Source of the DNA: a virus
Lineage: Duplodnaviria > Caudoviricetes
DNA length: 29,910 bases
Strand: one strand, 5' to 3'
Virus record (IMG/VR): IMGVR_UViG_3300017903_003334
Location: 1 to 29,910 of that record
The position numbers and the translations under genes were made by a program. How positions within the stretch are numbered: position 1 is the stretch's first letter; each line of letters begins with the position of its first letter. Below are positions 1 to 8,516 of the stretch, in pieces. Below the pieces are notes generated by a model. That model was not told where the DNA came from. It ran no database searches and was given only the letters and a program-made list of their open reading frames with translations.

Positions 1-2
1 AA

Positions 3-347
3 AACGTCAATGAAGAAATTCAAGGCAAGCAATTGGTTCACCATGATGAAGTAACCAAGAACTTTGACATTTGCCCATCTGCATTAAAAGCATTTAATGA
101 TAATCAAGAAGATGGCATGGGAGACAAAGAAGGTTTCCATGACGCTGTTGTAGCAGTTGATAAATACTTAGGTATCGAAAAAGATTTAACCGAAAAGGGT
201 TCTGCTACTCAAGAAGATATGGATAAGATGCAATCTGCTGTTGATGATGCTATCGCAAAGATTGATGCGGCAGGTCTTCCAGGACATGATTATCACGACA
301 TCCATATCAAGGCAGTCGAAGAACTAATGAACCCCAGTCAAAATTAA
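3..347 (+). CDS. Acidic hypothetical protein, 5'-truncated (candidate internal head protein)
   Basis: The frame is open from base 3 (NVNEEIQGKQLVHHDE...), so the TTG at 33 is probably internal. Acidic composition; lies in a cluster of charged ORFs. Confidence 0.6.
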   Translation, partial: NVNEEIQGKQLVHHDEVTKNFDICPSALKAFNDNQEDGMGDKEGFHDAVVAVDKYLGIEKDLTEKGSATQEDMDKMQSAVDDAIAKIDAAGLPGHDYHDIHIKAVEELMNPSQN

Positions 348-352
348 AATAG

Positions 353-360
353 TATAAATA
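353..360 (+). promoter_or_regulatory. T4-type late promoter TATAAATA
   Basis: Exact T4 late (gp55) consensus. Its last base overlaps the ATG at 360, so the transcript may serve downstream genes. Confidence 0.5.
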
Positions 361-710
361 TGATTAAGTTCAAAAAATACAACGAGATTGATGAGGTTTG
401 TGAAGCATGTGATCTGTACGAAGATCTCATGGTGGAGGAAGCGACTTATGAGGGAAAGAAGGTCAAGTTAAATGACCCCATTCGCACAAGCGAAAACCCT
501 GATAAGAAGTTTAAGGTGTATGTGAAAAACGAAAAGGGTAACGTAGTAGTCGTTCGCTTTGGTGATCCTAATATGGAAATCAAACGTGATGATCCAGATA
601 GACGTAAAAGTTTTAGGGCAAGACACAATTGCGATAACCCAGGTCCAAAATGGAAAGCGAGATATTGGTCTTGTTACCAATGGCGAGCGGGAGCAAAGGT
701 TGACAACTAA
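360..710 (+). CDS. Conserved T4-like phage hypothetical protein (KKFKVYV..RFGD..RRKSFRARH..ARYWSC motif)
   Basis: 116-aa ORF with a basic C-terminal domain I recognise from marine T4-like phages. The N-terminus MIKFKKY..E resembles capsid-targeting leaders. Confidence 0.75.
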   Translation: MIKFKKYNEIDEVCEACDLYEDLMVEEATYEGKKVKLNDPIRTSENPDKKFKVYVKNEKGNVVVVRFGDPNMEIKRDDPDRRKSFRARHNCDNPGPKWKARYWSCYQWRAGAKVDN

Positions 711-1036
711 TGGAGACGAAAGATTTAGCGGATCAGGTTACCAGGGTGTTGACCCGTATGGAAACCAATGGTGCGCGTTTAAATAAAATCGAAGAGAAGT
801 TAGACGAGTTGACCACTACAATGGTTACACTCGCAAGAGCGGAAGAAAAGATTGAAGCTCTTCGGGCTGACCATGACAAAATGTATAACAGAATTAATAA
901 ACTATCATCGAAACTTGATGATATTGAGAGCAAGGTAGACGAAAATGCGCGGACAGTCGCGTTCATCAACAAAGTTGTAATAGCGGCAGTTATCGCAGCA
1001 ATCGGTGCTATCGTTGCCCAATATATCCCATTCTAG
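710..1036 (+). CDS. Coiled-coil protein with C-terminal transmembrane helix (XhlA/holin-like architecture)
   Basis: Heptad-rich N-terminus and hydrophobic tail VVIAAVIAAIGAIVAQYI. TAATG coupling to the upstream gene. Confidence 0.7.
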   Translation: METKDLADQVTRVLTRMETNGARLNKIEEKLDELTTTMVTLARAEEKIEALRADHDKMYNRINKLSSKLDDIESKVDENARTVAFINKVVIAAVIAAIGAIVAQYIPF

Positions 1037-1048
1037 GAGAAGAACCCC

Positions 1049-1654
1049 ATGATGTACAACAACATTTTTACAAAATACAAGTTAGAAGAAAAAAAGAAAC
1101 TTGACCCTGTAGATCAAGAAGAACTTGAAGGTGATCACGATGAGCGTGAAGACCAAGACATTGATAACGACGGAGATGTCGACGACTCTGATGAATATCT
1201 TCACAAGCGCCGGAAAGCAGTTTCTAAAGCGATGCAGAAAGAAGACAACATCAAAGACGAAGTCCTATATGATAAAGAGGGTAAAAAACAAGAACCCGAT
1301 GAAGATGAAGATGAGGACGACGACGATAAAGACGATGACGGCGAAGAAAAAGAAGTAAAAGAACGTCATCGTGGCAGAGCTAGAGTCCAAGAAGCGATGG
1401 TACGCCGTCCAGACACGTTTGGCGACCGTTCGGTAAAACCTGTAAAAAGCACTTCTGGTGTTAATATCTTGTCTCGTGATGCCAGAGGCAACCCAATGCA
1501 GAAGACCAAAACCAGAAGAGTTGACCCACCAAAGGCAAAACCTTCAAAGGAAATCACGACTGATACCATGAAATCTGCAATGGAAGGTTTCTCAGTATCA
1601 GATGTTCAAGAATACGTTAAGTTGTGGGAAGAGCGTAATGCCAAAAAAGTTTAA
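1049..1654 (+). CDS. Highly acidic protein with DxDxDGD motif (candidate internal head protein)
   Basis: SD AGGAG; KKKLDPV..DIDNDGDVDDSDEYLHKRRKA segment of a kind seen in marine T4-like phages; D/E tracts. Confidence 0.7.
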   Translation: MMYNNIFTKYKLEEKKKLDPVDQEELEGDHDEREDQDIDNDGDVDDSDEYLHKRRKAVSKAMQKEDNIKDEVLYDKEGKKQEPDEDEDEDDDDKDDDGEEKEVKERHRGRARVQEAMVRRPDTFGDRSVKPVKSTSGVNILSRDARGNPMQKTKTRRVDPPKAKPSKEITTDTMKSAMEGFSVSDVQEYVKLWEERNAKKV

Positions 1655-1958
1655 GCAGTTTATAGAAGAACAGTCTATTGATCTGAGACCAAAAGCGGGG
1701 ACGGTTATGTCAGACCGACCCACTCTTGCTGACATCGACGCGGGACTCGCACACGCGATTCGTCGATCCGCGAAACGCCAGCAACAAAACGTGATGGCGC
1801 GGCAAGGTAAAGGCGGATATAGTGAAAAAGACATTGTGGACAATGGATTGAGAACTTTCTTAAATGACGCTGACCCAATGAAAGCAAAGGCAAGGCGCAA
1901 CTTAGATGATTTGAGTAGGGCATTTGCAAAGGCAGCAACAGCAAGCAACAAAGACTAA
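1638..1958 (+). CDS. Hypothetical protein with capsid-targeting-like N-terminus (MPKKFKQFIEE)
   Basis: ATG at 1638 overlaps the end of the previous gene. The leader resembles the T4 internal-protein capsid targeting sequence (MKTYQEFIAE type). Confidence 0.65.
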   Translation: MPKKFKQFIEEQSIDLRPKAGTVMSDRPTLADIDAGLAHAIRRSAKRQQQNVMARQGKGGYSEKDIVDNGLRTFLNDADPMKAKARRNLDDLSRAFAKAATASNKD

Positions 1959-1970
1959 GGATTAATTGAA

Positions 1971-2765
1971 ATGTCTATCAGAGAAAAATTACTTGCAGTA
2001 TTGCATGAAGACCGCGCTCAACACAACAAAGGTGCTGTTCCTGCGGAAAGTCATGATGAAAAAGATAAGAGTAGCAAAGGCGCTACTGACATGAAGCAAC
2101 CCGCAAAGGACGCTGCTGCTGATCCTGTTGACATCGTGTCACAAGGTCATGAGGACGCATCAAAAGCAGGTCGTGTAACCGCACCAGCACCAGGACGTAA
2201 CAGCGCAGATGGCGTTCGTTCGGGCGATCAGCAAATCATTCCAAGTGCTACTCCACAGAAAGGTTTGGCATCTACCATGGAAGCATACAAGTCAATGTAT
2301 GCACCTGTGGAAGAAGAAGTTGAACTAGAAGAAGGTGCAAAAGAAAAGGCACTAAAGGCTCTTATGACCAAAGCACTTGGTGGTAAGAGAGCAAAACCAG
2401 GTTACACATCTGCTATTGCTGACAATGGCGACTTCGTTGTTAAAGACGGTGGTGGTCGTATTGTTGGTAGACTTAAAGCTGGAACCTTCACTGATCCACT
2501 AAAAGAAGAAGTCGAACTTGATGAAGACTTTCGCGTATTAGCTAAAAAGGGTATGGGTACTGAACACCATCCAGATGACAAACATGGCGATACCACTAAG
2601 GTGGGTAGAGGAATAGATTACTATCACCCAGAAACGGGAGATAAATCAGATGGTAAAATTGTTAAAGTTACTGACACTCATTACCATGTAAAAGATAGTA
2701 AATCTGGCGAAATTCATAAATTCGCATATTTTGATAGAGATAAATCCAAAAAGATGATGGGGTAA
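1971..2765 (+). CDS. Modular charged protein with repeated EEVEL(E/D)E motifs (candidate gp21-processed internal head protein)
   Basis: SD AAGGA; EEEVELEE and KEEVELDE motifs split the protein into modules. Confidence 0.7.
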   Translation: MSIREKLLAVLHEDRAQHNKGAVPAESHDEKDKSSKGATDMKQPAKDAAADPVDIVSQGHEDASKAGRVTAPAPGRNSADGVRSGDQQIIPSATPQKGLASTMEAYKSMYAPVEEEVELEEGAKEKALKALMTKALGGKRAKPGYTSAIADNGDFVVKDGGGRIVGRLKAGTFTDPLKEEVELDEDFRVLAKKGMGTEHHPDDKHGDTTKVGRGIDYYHPETGDKSDGKIVKVTDTHYHVKDSKSGEIHKFAYFDRDKSKKMMG

Positions 2766-2767
2766 TT

Positions 2768-3085
2768 ATGCCAATCAAACCACCAGCGTTTAAAAAGAAT
2801 GCCGTTCCATCCCTTCGTGGGTGGCGGCACCCCCGCACCGGCGAACTTTTGAAGAAGCAAAAGTTGACCCAAGAACAGATTGATGAGTATTTGGGTCTTA
2901 GTGCCGTTGAAGAGGAGGTCGCACCCGTGGTAGAAGAAAAACCGGTTTTTATTCAAGAGGTAGTCGAACTAGACAACCTTTCAAAGTCAGAATTAGAAGA
3001 ACTCGGTCGTGAACACGGTGTCGAACTAGACAGAAGAAAAAAGAAGTCGGTTTTAGTTGAGACGATGAAAAATCTAATAGGTTAA
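2768..3085 (+). CDS. Hypothetical protein with C-terminal HeH/Rho-N-like helical motif
   Basis: LSKSELEELGREHGVELDRRKKKSVLV matches the helix-extension-helix pattern; N-terminal RGWRHPRTGELL motif. Confidence 0.7.
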   Translation: MPIKPPAFKKNAVPSLRGWRHPRTGELLKKQKLTQEQIDEYLGLSAVEEEVAPVVEEKPVFIQEVVELDNLSKSELEELGREHGVELDRRKKKSVLVETMKNLIG

Positions 3086-3100
3086 CGCCTATATAACTTT

Positions 3101-3469
3101 ATGATGATCTTTAATGAATTAACCGAATCAAACCTTTTACTGTATGCTGCAAAGCATTACTACAAACCTCAGTTCTCTGACATTGATGAGTTCTATGAGG
3201 ATTTGAAAAGGTTTAAGTACATCAAACGTCTGGTAAATCGTTATCTTGAACAGGACGATCTACCAGAGCGTTTGATTCTTAATCACCTCATTGTGGTGTT
3301 CAATTCGTTTGGAATTGAGGCAGCACTCAATATTTTAGAATTAAAACTAGACCCCAAACATTGGCCGGTCATCAAACCTTTTCTCATCTATTTGCGGTAT
3401 ATTAAGAACGATCAATATATCGGCATCGTTATGGACCAAGATGTAGTCAACGCATTAAGGAAAATCTAA
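3101..3469 (+). CDS. Conserved T4-like phage hypothetical protein
   Basis: EFYEDLKRFKYIKRL..ERLILNHLIV..N.FG motif, which I recognise as widespread in T4-like phages. Confidence 0.8.
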   Translation: MMIFNELTESNLLLYAAKHYYKPQFSDIDEFYEDLKRFKYIKRLVNRYLEQDDLPERLILNHLIVVFNSFGIEAALNILELKLDPKHWPVIKPFLIYLRYIKNDQYIGIVMDQDVVNALRKI

Positions 3470-3780
3470 TGCCAGCAGTATCAAAGCAGCAACAGAAGTT
3501 GATGGGTCTTGCCCTTGCCTATAAGCGTGGCAAAGTAGATGAAGATCAGGTATCCGATCAGATTAAGGAATTAGCAAAGTCTATGAGTGAAAAAGAGCTT
3601 GAAAAGTTTGCTGAAACCAAACATAAAGGTCTACCCGATACGGTGGACGAAGAAACTACAACTGCAAGTGCAGGTGTTGCTGCTTCAGATGTAGCAGATA
3701 TTGGTCCCCGTCGTAGACCAAAAGTCTTGAAAAGATTTAAAGACTTTTACCAGGCGAAGAAGAAAGAAGATGAGAACTAA
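3469..3780 (+). CDS. DUF3008-like protein
   Basis: MPAVSKQQQKLMGLALAYKRG..SMSEKELEKFAETKHKGLP matches the DUF3008 pattern; C-terminal extension. Confidence 0.75.
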   Translation: MPAVSKQQQKLMGLALAYKRGKVDEDQVSDQIKELAKSMSEKELEKFAETKHKGLPDTVDEETTTASAGVAASDVADIGPRRRPKVLKRFKDFYQAKKKEDEN

Positions 3781-3967
3781 AATTATTGATGCCCTAAAAG
3801 CACACGCTGTTGGACATATTGAAAAGCATCGTCTTAATGTTGAAGTATATCTCAACAACCCTGTAGGTATCGGAGAACATTCTGATATTGCAGAAGCAGT
3901 AGAGATCGAACTTGCAGAAATAGCAAAGTACGACGACTTCCTGGAAATGCTAAACAAGTATTTTTAG
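3770..3967 (+). CDS. Conserved small phage protein (NVEVYLNNPVGIGEHSDI motif)
   Basis: 65-aa ORF overlapping the previous stop; motif familiar from marine T4-like phages. Confidence 0.75.
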   Translation: MRTKIIDALKAHAVGHIEKHRLNVEVYLNNPVGIGEHSDIAEAVEIELAEIAKYDDFLEMLNKYF

Positions 3968-4030
3968 ATTTCCAGAAATCTCTATTATACTATATACTCT
4001 ACCACCAAAATTCAAATTACGAGGTAAGCA

Positions 4031-6247
4031 ATGGCAACAGCACATGTTGACACGAGGGAATTCCTGTCTCAGACAAAATTCTATGAGGGATATTCAAGAT
4101 ACATTGAAAACGAAGGTAGATACGAAAGTTGGGATGAGGCAGTAGATCGTGTCATTGCGATGCACGAAAATAACTACAACAATAAGCGTAATGATTTGCA
4201 ACCTTACCTAGAGGAAGCAAGACAAGCATATAAAGAACAACGAGTGCTTGGCGCTCAACGTGCGTTGCAGTTTGGTGGTGACCAGTTGATGAAACATCAA
4301 ATGCGTATGTACAACTGCACGTCATCATATGCTGATAGACCACAATTTTTTGGCGAACTATTCTATATTTTGTTGTGTGGTGCAGGTGCAGGTTTCTCTG
4401 TCCAGCGTCATCACATTGCTAAACTTCCCCAGATTGCTGTCAGAACCAAGCAAGCAAAGGGTTACATTGTCGAAGATTCTATCGAAGGTTGGGCATCTGC
4501 ACTTGACGTGTTGATGTCATCTTACTTCGTCGGCGGTGGCACACATCCTGAGTTTGAAGGTCGTCGGGTATTCTTTGACCTTACTAACATTCGTCCAAAG
4601 GGCGCAAAAATCTCTGGTGGGTTTAAAGCACCAGGACCAGAAGGTCTGCGTCGTTCGTTGGATAAGATTGAGCATCTTATTCAAAGTGTTGTAATGGATT
4701 CTAAAGATCCAGTATCACTCCGTCCTATCAATGTTTATGACATTGCAATGCATGCTGCTGACGCAGTATTGTCGGGTGGTGTACGTCGTTCAGCAACTAT
4801 TTGTTTGTTCTCACCTGATGATGAAGAAATGATGAATGCTAAGACCGGCAACTGGTTCATTGATAACCCACAACGTGGTCGTTCAAACAACTCTGCTGTA
4901 ATCGTTCGTGATGAAACGACTGCGGAACAGTTTGGTAAGATCATGCAATCCGTGAAGCAGTTTGGCGAACCAGGTTTTGTATTTGTTGAGTCTACCGAAC
5001 ATACCACCAACCCTTGTGTTGAGATTGGTATGTTCCCACAGATCGACGGTCAGTCTGGTTGGCAGGGATGTAACCTAACCGAGATTAACGGTGGTCTGTG
5101 TGTCGACGAAGAAAGTTTCTTCAAGGCATGTCGTGCTGCTGCAATCTTGGGCACTGTTCAGGCAGGTTACACAGATTTCAAATTCTTGAACAAAACAACC
5201 AAGGACATTTTTGATCGTGAGGCACTTCTTGGTGTGTCAATTACTGGATGGATGAATAATCCTGATATCTTGTTTAACGAGAACATTCTTAAAAAGGGTG
5301 CGGAAATTGTCAGAGAAGTTAACCGAACAGTTGCAAAAATTATCGGAATCAATCCAGCGGCTAGAACGACGTGTGTCAAACCAAGCGGCAACGCTTCGGT
5401 TCTTTTGCAGACTGCTTCTGGCATTCACCCTGAGCATTCTGATCTTTATATTCGTAATGTTCAGATGAATAAAGAGTCTGAGATCACTCAGGCAATCATC
5501 AAATCAAACCCACACATGGTAGAAGAATCTGTATGGTCGGCAAATGGTACGGACGTTGTTGTGTCGTTCCCGATTATTCCAAAAGAAGGTTCTCTGTTTA
5601 AGGACGAACTGATTGGTGTAAATCATTTGGAACTGGTCGCAAAGGCGCAGAAACATTGGGTCAACGAAGGAACCAATGAAGAACTATGTGCTGACCCCGG
5701 TATCCGTCACAATGTGTCAAATACCATTCTGGTCGAAGATTGGGATTCGGTAGAAAAATATGTCTATGAGAATAGATATTCTTTCGCTGGTATTTCATTC
5801 CTGTCTACTTCTGGTGACAAGGACTTCAACCAGGCACCAAACACCGGTGTTATCCCGGCAGACAAGATGATTGAGAAGTATGGCACTGCTGCCATCTTTG
5901 CTTCAGGTCTTGTCGTAGATGGTCTGAATGTCTTTAGCAACCTGTGGGACGCATGTTCTACTGCACTTGGTTTCGGTGAAGATCTTTCTTTGGAAGATTC
6001 TACGACGTTTGCTAAGAAAGATTGGGTCCGTCGCTTTGAGAAGTTTGCAAATAATTATCTAGAAGGTGATCTGAAGCAAACTGAGTATTGTCTCAAAGAT
6101 GCATATTTGCTACATAAATGGAACAAGATCCAATCAAACCTAAAACCAGTTGATTGGGGAAAGGACATTACTGCTAAGAAATACACTGATGTGGATACCT
6201 TGGCAGCAGCAGCATGTGCCGGCGGGGCATGTGAAATTGATTTCTAG
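4031..6247 (+). CDS. nrdJ: Class II (adenosylcobalamin-dependent) ribonucleotide reductase, monomeric RTPR type
   Basis: YNC, LLCGAGAGFSVQ, SGGVRRSA, TNPCVEI (radical Cys), VKPSGNAS and C-terminal CAGGAC; SD GAGGT; no adjacent nrdB. Confidence 0.9.
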   Translation: MATAHVDTREFLSQTKFYEGYSRYIENEGRYESWDEAVDRVIAMHENNYNNKRNDLQPYLEEARQAYKEQRVLGAQRALQFGGDQLMKHQMRMYNCTSSYADRPQFFGELFYILLCGAGAGFSVQRHHIAKLPQIAVRTKQAKGYIVEDSIEGWASALDVLMSSYFVGGGTHPEFEGRRVFFDLTNIRPKGAKISGGFKAPGPEGLRRSLDKIEHLIQSVVMDSKDPVSLRPINVYDIAMHAADAVLSGGVRRSATICLFSPDDEEMMNAKTGNWFIDNPQRGRSNNSAVIVRDETTAEQFGKIMQSVKQFGEPGFVFVESTEHTTNPCVEIGMFPQIDGQSGWQGCNLTEINGGLCVDEESFFKACRAAAILGTVQAGYTDFKFLNKTTKDIFDREALLGVSITGWMNNPDILFNENILKKGAEIVREVNRTVAKIIGINPAARTTCVKPSGNASVLLQTASGIHPEHSDLYIRNVQMNKESEITQAIIKSNPHMVEESVWSANGTDVVVSFPIIPKEGSLFKDELIGVNHLELVAKAQKHWVNEGTNEELCADPGIRHNVSNTILVEDWDSVEKYVYENRYSFAGISFLSTSGDKDFNQAPNTGVIPADKMIEKYGTAAIFASGLVVDGLNVFSNLWDACSTALGFGEDLSLEDSTTFAKKDWVRRFEKFANNYLEGDLKQTEYCLKDAYLLHKWNKIQSNLKPVDWGKDITAKKYTDVDTLAAAACAGGACEIDF

Positions 6248-6256
6248 GAGGATCAA

Positions 6257-6418
6257 ATGGAACATGAGTGGGTAATATATTGCGAAGAATGTGATACCGA
6301 AAGTTTCGTCTATTCGGATGAGGAACCAAGTTACTGTCCAATCTGTGGTGCTGAAGCATCTAGTGTGGAACTCGGTAACGAGGAGACAGAAGTTTGGGAT
6401 GACGAAGACAGCGAATAA
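6257..6418 (+). CDS. Small Cys4 zinc-ribbon/rubredoxin-like protein (53 aa)
   Basis: Read by hand: SD AGGAGG, MEHEWVIYCEECDTESFVYSDEEPSYCPICGAE..., i.e. CxxC-x14-CPxCG with an acidic tail. Confidence 0.8.
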   Translation: MEHEWVIYCEECDTESFVYSDEEPSYCPICGAEASSVELGNEETEVWDDEDSE

Positions 6419-6454
6419 TGGATATGTAAAAATAACATATTAAGTCTTTATAGG

Positions 6455-6486
6455 AGGGGGAACTTTGGTTCCCCTTTCACCTTTTA
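6455..6486 (+). terminator. Intrinsic terminator
   Basis: GGGGAAC-TTTG-GTTCCCC hairpin followed by T-rich sequence. Confidence 0.7.
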
Positions 6487-6495
6487 TGACCCCTT

Positions 6496-6529
6496 TTGTA
6501 ACACAATAGTAACAAATCAAATCTACATT
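6496..6529 (+). promoter_or_regulatory. Pho box plus -10 element for pstS
   Basis: TTGTAAC-ACAA-TAGTAAC (6496-6513) is an 11-bp-period direct repeat like CTGTCAT-N4-CTGTCAC. It lies exactly 10 nt upstream of TACATT (6524-6529). Confidence 0.75.
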
Positions 6530-6592
6530 ATCCTAGATAATCGCGTGACATAAAAAAATATTCTTTTGTCACTCAATTCTCTAGGAGATCCC

Positions 6593-7576
6593 ATGAAAAA
6601 AATTATCGCATCCCTTTTTGCTGCTGCTACCGTTGTTGCAGTCGCAGAAGCACAACGTACCAACATTCGTATCGTTGGTTCATCGACCGTATTCCCATTC
6701 GCAACAGAAGTAATCGAAGAATTCGGTGCTACGACCGATTACGAAGCACCAGTCATGTCATCTGATGGTTCAGGTGGCGGATTTAAATTGTTTTGTGCTG
6801 GCGTTGGTCTGGACCACCCAGACATTTCAAACGCTTCTTCTCGCCAGATGAGCAAGAAAGCAGTATGTGATGCAAACGGCGTTGAATTCACCGAATTCAT
6901 GATTGGTTACGATGGTATCGTGCTGGCAAATGCGATTGATGGTCCGGCATTGAATATCTCTCGTATGGATTTGGCAATGGCTGTTGCTGATAAAGTTCCA
7001 GCGCCGGGTTGCTTCAACCAAATTCTAATCGAAAACACTCGTACTAAGTGGTCAGACATTGATCCACGTTTGCCAGATGTTGAGATCGAAGTATTGGGTC
7101 CACCATCTACTTCAGGTACTCGTGCAGCATTCGAAGAATTGGTTATCCAAAAAGCATATAAAGCAGCGGGTTGTGACAAAGCAACTTATAAGTCTGTAGA
7201 GATTCGCCAAGACGGTCACTACATTGAAGCAGGCGAAAACGATAGCGCTATCGTTGATGAACTAGAAGCAAACCCAAGCGCATACGGCGTATTCGGATAT
7301 AGTTTCCTTGCTAACAATGCTGACCGCGTTAAGGGTGCTGTAGTTGACGGTGTTGCTCCAACATTCGAAAACATTGCTGCTGGTGATTATCCTGTATCAC
7401 GTTCTTTGTACTTCTACGTCAAGTTGAACCACTTGGGTGTTGTTCCTGGCATCGAAGAGTACGTTGAACTGTTTGCTGAAATGGCAGAAGCAGGTGGTGA
7501 ACTGGAAGCTGTCGGTTTGATTCCAGGCAGTGAAGCAGATACCGAAGCATTGTGGGAAGCAGTCGAAAGCTTGTAA
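6593..7576 (+). CDS. pstS: Periplasmic phosphate-binding protein PstS
   Basis: SD AGGAG with ATG at 6593; Sec signal peptide; IVGSSTVFPF, GSGGGFKLFC, GPPSTSGTR and YPVSRSLYFYV motifs. Confidence 0.92.
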   Translation: MKKIIASLFAAATVVAVAEAQRTNIRIVGSSTVFPFATEVIEEFGATTDYEAPVMSSDGSGGGFKLFCAGVGLDHPDISNASSRQMSKKAVCDANGVEFTEFMIGYDGIVLANAIDGPALNISRMDLAMAVADKVPAPGCFNQILIENTRTKWSDIDPRLPDVEIEVLGPPSTSGTRAAFEELVIQKAYKAAGCDKATYKSVEIRQDGHYIEAGENDSAIVDELEANPSAYGVFGYSFLANNADRVKGAVVDGVAPTFENIAAGDYPVSRSLYFYVKLNHLGVVPGIEEYVELFAEMAEAGGELEAVGLIPGSEADTEALWEAVESL

Positions 7577-7606
7577 ACCCATTCTGGCATAAATAAAAGT
7601 AATAGC

Positions 7607-7642
7607 GCCAGTCCCTCTGCTTGCAAGGACTGGCCTTTTTTA
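7607..7642 (+). terminator. Intrinsic terminator after pstS
   Basis: GCCAGTCC...GGACTGGC stem followed by TTTTTT. Confidence 0.75.
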
Positions 7643-7661
7643 TATGTGGATATATAATCAT

Positions 7662-8075
7662 ATGACATGGTTATATGAAAACAAAATTTACGATCCAGAA
7701 GATGGTCCACCTATAGAATACCAAGGATTTGTGTACTGTATTACTGAACTCGATACTGGTAAAAAGTACATAGGTAAAAAATTCTTCTGGAAACCAAAAA
7801 TATTACCAGTCACCAAAACGAGAAAACGGCGGGTTAGAACCAAAGTAGAATCTGATTGGAAAAAATATTATGGATCCAGTAAAGAAGTTCAATCGCTGGT
7901 TGAAGAAAAAGGCACAGAGAATTACAAACGAGAAATTCTAAAGATGTGCAAAACTAAAGGTGAATGTTCTTATTATGAAGCTAAGCTTCAGTTTGAATAT
8001 GACGTTTTGTTATCAGATGAATATTACAATGAATTTATTGGATGCAAAATCCATTCGAAGCATTTGAAAGTATAA
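7662..8075 (+). CDS. Seg-like GIY-YIG endonuclease family protein
   Basis: GFVYCITELDTGKKYIGKK..ESDWKKYYGSS..E motif; ATG at 7662 preferred as start. Confidence 0.8.
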   Translation: MTWLYENKIYDPEDGPPIEYQGFVYCITELDTGKKYIGKKFFWKPKILPVTKTRKRRVRTKVESDWKKYYGSSKEVQSLVEEKGTENYKREILKMCKTKGECSYYEAKLQFEYDVLLSDEYYNEFIGCKIHSKHLKV

Positions 8076-8078
8076 ATA
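8071..8078 (+). promoter_or_regulatory. T4-type late promoter TATAAATA
   Basis: Exact consensus, 5 nt before the ATG at 8084. Confidence 0.75.
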
Positions 8079-8083
8079 AAATA

Positions 8084-8500
8084 ATGAAAAATTTATATGT
8101 ACATGAAGTTCTTGAAAAAGTGAGCGCAGCTCGCTCAAAACAGGATAAACTAAAAATCCTAAGAGAAAACGATCATTGGGCGGTAAAGGATATTCTTCTG
8201 GGAACATATTCAGAAGATGTTAAATTTAATTTACCAGCTGGCGAGCCACCCTATGAACCAAGTCAGGCGCATAATGCACCTTCAGACTTGAAACGCAAAC
8301 ACAAAGATTTCAGATTTTTTGTCCGAGGCGGGCCTGGCGATAAATTGCCATCGGTCAAGCGCGAAGGGCTGTTCATCGGTTTGCTAGAAGCGATCCATCC
8401 CCAAGATGCGCTTCTCGTCATTAATATGATCAATAAAACGAAGCCTAAGGGGATCTCAAAAAAACTTATTGAGGAGGCTTTTCCCAACCTTTTTGACTAA
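8084..8500 (+). CDS. Conserved T4-like phage protein (DUF6433-like)
   Basis: HEVLEKVS..KLKILR..LPAGEPPY..KREGLFIGLLEAIHPQDA..AFPNL pattern. Confidence 0.75.
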   Translation: MKNLYVHEVLEKVSAARSKQDKLKILRENDHWAVKDILLGTYSEDVKFNLPAGEPPYEPSQAHNAPSDLKRKHKDFRFFVRGGPGDKLPSVKREGLFIGLLEAIHPQDALLVINMINKTKPKGISKKLIEEAFPNLFD

Positions 8501-8516
8501 TTGGAGATATTGCCCA

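Noticed and set aside
1295-1350. GAY/GAR trinucleotide-like repeats
   Set aside because: Explained by the Asp/Glu tract of the encoded protein.
3986-4001. NrdR box upstream of nrdJ
   Set aside because: Only the left half resembles the consensus; key right-half bases are missing.
4031-6247. Intein or intron in nrdJ
   Set aside because: Continuous 738-aa ORF of ordinary length with no splice-junction or LAGLIDADG motifs seen.
7662-8075. GIY-YIG ORF as an intron-borne mobile element
   Set aside because: Free-standing, short, without an obvious DNA-binding extension, and no interrupted host gene or intron core is visible.
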